A DNA stretch of 32,000 bases from Methanocaldococcus jannaschii DSM 2661 (lineage in GTDB: Archaea > AGJL01 > Methanococci > Methanococcales > Methanocaldococcaceae). The translations under genes were made by a program, and so were the position numbers. The stretch covers positions 850,712 to 882,711 of the forward strand of contig NC_000909.1 of the NCBI RefSeq assembly GCF_000091665.1, given 5' to 3'. The notes beneath the pieces are model-generated. The model ran no database searches. It had not been told where the DNA came from and saw only the letters and a list, made by a program, of their open reading frames with translations. Every line of letters starts with the position of its first letter. The first letter of the stretch is position 1. Below, piece by piece: positions 25,606 through 32,000 of this stretch.

Positions 25606-26730
25606 TCACCTAATCTTGGTACATTGATATATTGCCTCAATAACATTCTTTAATGTTGCATCAGTTTTTATTCCTTTCGGATTATAGTGAGTTACAACTG
25701 CATTAAATCCCATCTCTTTTAGCTTGTTTATAATATCTTGCATTGGTGGAACTGAAATCTTTAACATTTTCCCAATTTGGTGAGTGTCATAACATCCAAC
25801 TTGATTTATAGCAGATTCTCCTTTAATGGCATTTAAAATCTTTAAAACTCTTTCACTAAACTCCCTCTTTTCAGCTATTTTTAAAGCCTCTTCAACAAGA
25901 GCTTTATCATACAAATTGCCTATATATAAAGGCCCAGCAAATCCTTTCTCATAACCTTCTTCAAATTTTTTAATTATTTTAATTCCATTTACATCCTTAA
26001 CATAGCCAAGCATTTCAAAAACCTTATCAGCCCTCTTAGCTCCCCTATCCGTAACTAAATAAACTCTAACATAATGGTCTGTGGCATGGCAAAATACTGG
26101 CTTTAAAGCAAGCTCATATTTTGTAGCCATTCTCATAACATATCCAACTAAAACCCTCAATGCAAATTCATGACAATCCCTACCAAATAATGGATAAGCC
26201 AAGTATTTCCTTAAGCATGATTTTTTAGACCTACCACATAATGCCGCTGTATCTGTTGCTGTTAAACAGAGCAAACCATTTCTTGTTACTAAAGCCCTAA
26301 TTGCTTGCTCTACATAAGGAGCTGGAGAGCCAAACGGGTCTATATCAACAACATTAAAAAATCTAAAATGCTTAGATAAAAATGTGTTGGCATCTTCATT
26401 AAAAACATCTATATTCTCAATCTCATTTAATTTGGCATTGTTTATTATCTTCTCATAAGCTTTTGGATTTATATCATTTAAAAAAACCTTTAACTCTCCA
26501 TTAAACTCAAGCTCTTTAGCGTATCTAAGCCCCCTAATTCCACTTCCAGCCAAAGCATCAGCAATGTAAAACTTATCTCTCTTATGATACAAATTTAGAA
26601 ATGCCTGAATTACTGCTATACTTATATCCCTGCATGTTTTCATTCTTGGATTATAAAATACCTCATCCTTTTTTGTAACTGTCAATTTATCTGGAACTTC
26701 AAAAACTACTTCCCCCTCTTTTAGAATCAT
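25606..26730 (-). CDS. trm1: tRNA (guanine(26)-N(2))-dimethyltransferase
   Basis: YNPRMKTCRDISIAV, ADALAGSGIRGLRYAKE, VVDIDPFGSPAPYVEQAIRAL, TATDTAALCG. Confidence 0.95.
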   Translation of the reverse strand: MILKEGEVVFEVPDKLTVTKKDEVFYNPRMKTCRDISIAVIQAFLNLYHKRDKFYIADALAGSGIRGLRYAKELEFNGELKVFLNDINPKAYEKIINNAKLNEIENIDVFNEDANTFLSKHFRFFNVVDIDPFGSPAPYVEQAIRALVTRNGLLCLTATDTAALCGRSKKSCLRKYLAYPLFGRDCHEFALRVLVGYVMRMATKYELALKPVFCHATDHYVRVYLVTDRGAKRADKVFEMLGYVKDVNGIKIIKKFEEGYEKGFAGPLYIGNLYDKALVEEALKIAEKREFSERVLKILNAIKGESAINQVGCYDTHQIGKMLKISVPPMQDIINKLKEMGFNAVVTHYNPKGIKTDATLKNVIEAIYQCTKIR

Positions 26731-26828
26731 ATTATCACACAGAATAATATTGTCTTAGTTTTATAAATTAAAAACAATTAAAAATAGAAATAAAAGTAAA
26801 AGTATTAAAGAAAACTAAAAAGAAATTT

Positions 26829-29800
26829 TTATTTATTTATTCTCTCAATAGCAATTTTAACGTTGTATTTCTCTCCATTTGGTGTTTTTATCTCCCAATC
26901 TTTTTCGTAATCTGCCTTTATCTCATCAACAAACTGACCTCTAACTTCCCTCTCAATAATCTCCTTAAATTCATCTAAGTCAATGCCCTCAACTTTAATT
27001 TTAATCTTCTCCTCAATATCTAAATCCATATCCTTCCTCATAGCTTGGATTCTTCTTATAACCTCTCTCATTAGCCCCTCTTTTATCAAATCATCAGTAA
27101 TCTCGGTATTTATAAAGACAGTTCCCTTTGAGAATTCAACTCCTGCTATATGTTCAGGAATTTCCAATCTAATTTCAACATATTCTGGCTTAATCTCATA
27201 TCCATCTAATATTACAGCTCCTTCTTTCAACCTCTCCATCAACTCCTTAGCATCTGCTTTATTTAATGCCTCAACAACCTTTGGAACCTCACTTCTATAT
27301 CTCTTACCTAACTCTCTGTAGTTTGGCTTTATTATATACTTGCTACCTTCAACCTCTCCAAATTTGATATTTTTAACATTACCTTGCTCTTTTATTATGT
27401 ATTCAAATCTCTCTACAGCTTTTTTAACCTCTTCTCCACCAGCAATAGTTATTTCTTTCAATGGGTATCTTAAGGTGTATTTTATCCTATCCCTTCCTCT
27501 GTAGATTGCATCAACGACATCTCTAACTATTGCCATATCTCTCTCTAACTCCTCATCAATAAACTCTTCATCAACCTCTATTTTATTCATGAAGATACTT
27601 TCTTCCATATCTTCTGTTTTTAGGTTTTGATATATTGCCTCAGCAGTATGTGGAGCTACTGGAGCCAATATTGTAGCTAACTTTAATAAGACATAGTAGA
27701 GTGTTTGATATGCTGCTAATTTATCAGCGTCATCCTTCTCTTTCCATGTTCTGTCTCTAATCAACCTAATATACCATCTACTTAAGTCATTTAATATGAA
27801 ATCCTTTAATGTCCAAGTGTATGTGTGGAAGTATGGGACTTCAAGATTTTCAATTGCTATCTTAGCAACACTGTTTATTCTGCTTACAATCCATCTATCC
27901 TCATCTTTTAAATATTCAAAGTATTTTTCATCTGGTTTAAAGTTATCTAACACCATGTAATTTACAGCAAACATATAGGCGTTCCATAAAGTGTTGAATA
28001 AGCTTAAAACATCATCCATCTCACTCCATACAAACCTTAAATCTTCCCAAACCTTATTTGCACTCAATAAATAAAACCTTAATAAATCAGCCCCATACTT
28101 TTCAACGACATCATCTGGATTAACTACATTACCCAAACTCTTACTCATCTTGTCTCCATGCTCATCTAAAGTGAAGCCATGCATTAAACACTTTTTGTAT
28201 GGAATATCGTTAAATACTATTGCTGAGAGTGCATGCTGTGAATAAAACCATTTAGTAACTTGGTCATGTCCCTCTGTTATAAAGTCTGCTTTTTTAAGCT
28301 CTTTTACTCCAATTGAAGCATAAGGAGCTAAACCAGAGTCAAACCAAACATCTAAGACATCTGGAACTCTTTTCATTTCTCCTCCACATTCACATCTCAG
28401 CTTTATTTTATCAACTGTTGGTTTGTGTAAATCATTAATCTCTCCAACTTCATCTTTATTTATCATCTTCTCTTCTAATTCTTCAACACTTCCTACAACA
28501 ATGTATTTTCCACACTTCTCACACACCCATACTGGAATAGGGATTCCCCAGTATCTCTGCCTACTTATATTCCAGTCTCCAACGAACTTAACTCCATTTA
28601 TATATCTTGTTTCAACCCAGTGTGGTATCCACTGAACTGTTTTAGCATGCTCTATAATGTTATCTTTAATCTTTGATATCTCTAAGAACCACTGCTCTGT
28701 AGCTCTAAATAATAGAGGAGTTTTACATCTCCAACAGTGTGGATAGCTGTGTTTTATCTTTCCAGCATAAACTAACAATCCTTTGTTTTTTAGGGTTTCA
28801 ATTATTTCAGCATCCGCATCTTTAACAAAAACGCCCTTCCATTTTCCTTCTACATATTTACCTTCATCGTCTATTGGTGAATAGATTGGCAAATTGTATT
28901 TTTTACCAACTTCAAAGTCCTCTTCCCCGTGTCCTGGGGCAGTATGAACCAACCCAGTTCCTCCCTCTAAGGTTACATGCTCTCCTAAAATAACTGTATG
29001 AGCATTTTCTAATTCTGCAAATTCTTTCTGTCTCTCATTCTCTTCTAATAATGGATGAATATATTTTATACCTTCCAATTCTTTTCCTTTAACTTTTTTG
29101 ATTATTTTGTAGTTTTTGATGTTATGGAATTTTTTAGCTTTGTTTATAACTTCCTCAACTAACTTTTCAGCAATAATCCAAACCTCTTTTTTGTCATCAA
29201 ATTCAACTTCTACATATGCATAGTCATAATCTGGATGGACAGTAACAGCCAAGTTAGCAACTAAAGTCCATGGTGTTGTTGTCCAAATAACAATGTATGT
29301 GTTTTCTTCATTTGCTAATCTGAATTTTACATAAACGGATGGGTCATAAACTTCCTTATACTCTCCTCTAACCTCATGCTCCGCTAAGGCAGTTTCACAT
29401 CTTGGACACCAATAGACAACCCTTAAATCTCTTGTTAATAATCCCTTCTCATGAGCAACCTTTAATGTCCACCATCCAATTTCCATATATTCCTTAGTTA
29501 TTGGCATATAGGCGTTTTCCCAATCTAACCAAACTCCTAAGTTTTTAAATTGCTTTTCCATAATTTCCTTATGTTTTAAAGCGAATTCTTTACACTTTTC
29601 TATAAATTGCTTTACTCCAATTTTTGTTTCTATCTCTTTCTTGTTCTTTATTCCAAATTCATTTTCAACTTTAACTTCTATTGGCAATCCATGCATGTCC
29701 CATCCAGCTTTATCCAAAACATTATAACCTTGCATTCTCTTAAATCTTAGATAAGTGTCTTTAATTATCTTATTCCATGCAGTCCCTAAGTGTATAGCTC

Positions 29801-29948
29801 CAGAACAGTATGGAGGACCATCAACAAAATAAAATTCCTTATTTCTTTCATTCTTTTTCTTTACTTTTTGATATATGTCATTCTCTTCCCAGAACTTTTT
29901 TATCTTCTTATCCAACTCTCTAAAATTAACAGGCTCTACTTTTTTCAT
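26829..29948 (-). CDS. ileS: Isoleucyl-tRNA synthetase
   Basis: GPPYCSGAIHLGTAWNKIIKD, GWDMHGLPIEV, HGFTLDEHGDKMSKSLGNVV, FDSGLAPYASIG. Confidence 0.97.
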   Translation of the reverse strand: MKKVEPVNFRELDKKIKKFWEENDIYQKVKKKNERNKEFYFVDGPPYCSGAIHLGTAWNKIIKDTYLRFKRMQGYNVLDKAGWDMHGLPIEVKVENEFGIKNKKEIETKIGVKQFIEKCKEFALKHKEIMEKQFKNLGVWLDWENAYMPITKEYMEIGWWTLKVAHEKGLLTRDLRVVYWCPRCETALAEHEVRGEYKEVYDPSVYVKFRLANEENTYIVIWTTTPWTLVANLAVTVHPDYDYAYVEVEFDDKKEVWIIAEKLVEEVINKAKKFHNIKNYKIIKKVKGKELEGIKYIHPLLEENERQKEFAELENAHTVILGEHVTLEGGTGLVHTAPGHGEEDFEVGKKYNLPIYSPIDDEGKYVEGKWKGVFVKDADAEIIETLKNKGLLVYAGKIKHSYPHCWRCKTPLLFRATEQWFLEISKIKDNIIEHAKTVQWIPHWVETRYINGVKFVGDWNISRQRYWGIPIPVWVCEKCGKYIVVGSVEELEEKMINKDEVGEINDLHKPTVDKIKLRCECGGEMKRVPDVLDVWFDSGLAPYASIGVKELKKADFITEGHDQVTKWFYSQHALSAIVFNDIPYKKCLMHGFTLDEHGDKMSKSLGNVVNPDDVVEKYGADLLRFYLLSANKVWEDLRFVWSEMDDVLSLFNTLWNAYMFAVNYMVLDNFKPDEKYFEYLKDEDRWIVSRINSVAKIAIENLEVPYFHTYTWTLKDFILNDLSRWYIRLIRDRTWKEKDDADKLAAYQTLYYVLLKLATILAPVAPHTAEAIYQNLKTEDMEESIFMNKIEVDEEFIDEELERDMAIVRDVVDAIYRGRDRIKYTLRYPLKEITIAGGEEVKKAVERFEYIIKEQGNVKNIKFGEVEGSKYIIKPNYRELGKRYRSEVPKVVEALNKADAKELMERLKEGAVILDGYEIKPEYVEIRLEIPEHIAGVEFSKGTVFINTEITDDLIKEGLMREVIRRIQAMRKDMDLDIEEKIKIKVEGIDLDEFKEIIEREVRGQFVDEIKADYEKDWEIKTPNGEKYNVKIAIERINK

Positions 29949-29952
29949 CCAC

Positions 29953-30519
29953 TCACCTCATGTTTGAGATTATATCTGAAACTATCTCATCCAAATTGCT
30001 TTTAAATTCTTTTAATCGACTAATTCTTGAAATTATCTTACTCAAATATTTATTTTGAAGGTTTGGGTCTTCTTTTGTTTCCTTAGGATAGTCATCTGGT
30101 AGATTCTGAATTTTCTTTAAAATATTTTTATCATCAATATTGGCAAGTTTATATAACTCCATGCACGTCTTTTTTATACTTAAGCCATTTTCAACCACAA
30201 TATTTAATAACTCCTCATATGGAATTTTCTCTTCTATTATTTTCCAATAATCTTCAAATATGTTACTTTCTATAATATATTCAACCACTTCTAATATTTT
30301 TATGCTTAAATCTAATTTTAAAACTTCAGATGTTAGATGACTTTCTTCCTCTTCCAATTGAGCAATAGTATCTAAATCATCTGGATTGCTCGTCCTTAAT
30401 TCGTTTAATTTTACTCTTATGTTATTTAAATCTCTAAGTTTTGCCTCCCCCTTCTCAATCATTTCTCCTTTTTTGTCTTTTATTTCCACTAATGTTGGAT
30501 ATTCTGTGCTATTTTTCAT
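29953..30519 (-). CDS. Hypothetical protein, predicted coiled-coil N-terminal half
   Basis: Complete frame after ileS spacing, charged helical region KGEAKLRDLNNIRVKLNEL...LEEEESHLTSEVLKL. Family not recognised. Confidence 0.7.
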   Translation of the reverse strand: MKNSTEYPTLVEIKDKKGEMIEKGEAKLRDLNNIRVKLNELRTSNPDDLDTIAQLEEEESHLTSEVLKLDLSIKILEVVEYIIESNIFEDYWKIIEEKIPYEELLNIVVENGLSIKKTCMELYKLANIDDKNILKKIQNLPDDYPKETKEDPNLQNKYLSKIISRISRLKEFKSNLDEIVSDIISNMR

Positions 30520-30553
30520 AAAAATCACCTAATACTAATGAAAATTAACCAAT

Positions 30554-30925
30554 TTACTTCTTTTTCTTCTTATCTTTTTTCTTAGATTTGTAATAGCCCT
30601 TTAACACTGGAAGTTTTGGGAAGTCGTCCAATAACTTATAATATATGTCACCATATCTCTCACTAATCACAACAATATGAGCAGGTGGATGAATTTTTCT
30701 AATTCTATCTATTGCTTTTGGTGCTTTTTCAGCAATCTTTGCTAAGCATGCAGTTTTACATGGTTTTTTAACTTCCCCCAATATATGACTTAATATTTCA
30801 TCTGCAGCTTCTGGAACAATAATTTTTGGCTTTCCAATAATTGTTAGCTCTGCATGCCTATCAACATCAGCTAAGGCATTCTTTAATTTTTCATAACTAT
30901 CTCCTCTGATTAGCAATATCGTCAT
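30554..30925 (-). CDS. Conserved methanogen protein (possibly DUF356) with Lys-rich C-terminal tail
   Basis: MTILLIRGDSYEKLKNALADVDRHAELTIIGKPKIIVPEAADEILSHIL...HPPAHIVVISERY...KSKKKDKKKKK. Confidence 0.55.
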   Translation of the reverse strand: MTILLIRGDSYEKLKNALADVDRHAELTIIGKPKIIVPEAADEILSHILGEVKKPCKTACLAKIAEKAPKAIDRIRKIHPPAHIVVISERYGDIYYKLLDDFPKLPVLKGYYKSKKKDKKKKK

Positions 30926-30968
30926 AACTATCCCTAAACGTGTTTTTTAATATTAATTTTAAATTTTC

Positions 30969-31658
30969 TTAGTATTTTATCCTCAAATGTCTATCATTAT
31001 GTTTCAAATATTCCTCAAGCATAAATGGAAAATCAGAAGCATCAACAAATCTCAAGCCCAGCCTCTGAGCCCATTTTTCAATGCCTCCATCACTTGCCAC
31101 TACCGCAGCATCTAACTCCTTGGCTAACAATAACACATCTAAATCAGGGGCACTATCTAAAGTTCCCACTCTCAAAGCACTTCTATATTTATTTCTAAAG
31201 GTATTTATTGTTTTTGATAACACTTTATTTATGATTTCATTTTTACCCATTTCTGGATGTTTTTTTGATAACTCATAAACCATGTCTGTGGCTTTTATTA
31301 TATGCTCCTCTCCAATCCTCATCCCTTTGTTAATTCTTTCTCTCAAATCTTTAACATATTCATAAAAAATCTCTGAAGGGATTTTTATCTCATATCTGTT
31401 TGGGGTTTTTTTAACAAGCCATGTATCAACTTTAACTATAACATCTCTCGGACAATTCTCATTCTCCAAAAATCCCATCAATTCATTATATACAGTTGGA
31501 TATGGAATGTGACAAGATATATTTAACTTTATCCTTGCCTCAGCTATCAAATCCATAACCTTATCTGTTAGTTCAGTAACTGTTTTAACCCCTAACGCTT
31601 TCCTAACTGACGGTTCAGTAAAAGCACTTGTGTCTAAGCAGAATCTCTGTTTTTGCAT
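30969..31658 (-). CDS. RNA ligase partner protein, PIN-domain family (UPF0278-like)
   Basis: RFCLDTSAFTEPSVRKALG, SCHIPYPTVYNEL, GTLDSAPDLDVLLLAKELDAAVVASDGGIEKWAQRLGLRFVDASDFP. Confidence 0.85.
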   Translation of the reverse strand: MQKQRFCLDTSAFTEPSVRKALGVKTVTELTDKVMDLIAEARIKLNISCHIPYPTVYNELMGFLENENCPRDVIVKVDTWLVKKTPNRYEIKIPSEIFYEYVKDLRERINKGMRIGEEHIIKATDMVYELSKKHPEMGKNEIINKVLSKTINTFRNKYRSALRVGTLDSAPDLDVLLLAKELDAAVVASDGGIEKWAQRLGLRFVDASDFPFMLEEYLKHNDRHLRIKY

Positions 31659-31844
31659 ACCTCTCCCCAAAATTTAGTTTCTATTGAAATTTATATCTAA
31701 AAAGTTTCGCTTTCTATTAAATGAAAATTATAGGATTTCATATTCAAAGCATTAAGATTTATAAGCAACTATATATCGTTATTTACCTATTTATATACTA
31801 AGAGACATTAAGGGACTGAAAGTCCATTTAATGCATCGTTTTGA

Positions 31845-31865
31845 TGAAACTTTCTTAAAGTTTCA
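31845..31865. repeat. 9 bp perfect hairpin over the stop codon of the right-edge gene
   Basis: TGAAACTTT-CTT-AAAGTTTCA. Confidence 0.5.
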
Positions 31866-32000
31866 CTGCAAGTATTTTTATCTTTGCAGGATAGTTATTT
31901 ATATATTTTGATAAAGTTTCATTTGGAATCCTTGCCTCTAATTTAGATAAAATCCTCTCCCTAAAATGCCTTGAAAATCCATAAGGTAGAGAGTTTTTTA
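31855..32000 (-). CDS. C-terminal end of an unidentified protein (truncated by window edge)
   Basis: Reverse strand open to the edge: [47 protein letters not shown], stop at 31855-31857. Family not recognised. Confidence 0.5.
   Translation of the reverse strand, partial: KNSLPYGFSRHFRERILSKLEARIPNETLSKYINNYPAKIKILAVKL

Overview
AT-rich archaeal chromosomal window, assignable to Methanocaldococcus (M. jannaschii or a very close relative). The basis is the gene content and a tRNA-Tyr sequence I recognise as the M. jannaschii one. Recognisable content: an archaeal SepF / small GTPase / methanogenesis-marker-11-like cluster, a CBS protein, an ECF-S-like membrane protein, a ParA/MinD ATPase, NIF3-like and HemK-like proteins, purB, a cobalt-precorrin-8 methylmutase, thiI, a histone, a tRNA/5S rRNA cluster, a polyferredoxin, an MJ0936-type phosphodiesterase, purD, a FetB-like permease, a YkgJ-like protein, two tandem TPR proteins, an XPD/DinG-type helicase, two predicted lipoproteins with a nearby wHTH regulator, trm1, ileS and an RNA-ligase-partner PIN protein. 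The least explained signals are: (1) a ~170 bp GC-rich block of four consecutive hairpins, bracketed by a 20 bp direct repeat equal to the 3' end of tRNA-Ile(GAT); (2) a 4-repeat CRISPR mini-array with a decayed distal repeat and a long G-poor leader-like flank; (3) a ~213 bp MITE-like element; (4) a 24 nt inverted operator-like pair between a wHTH regulator and a lipoprotein gene; (5) a 250-codon frame interrupted by five stops; (6) a tRNA with anticodon TCG, a C(UUCG)G-capable anticodon loop and an apparent C73. No complete new defence or mobile system is evident. All family calls are by eye, without database searches.
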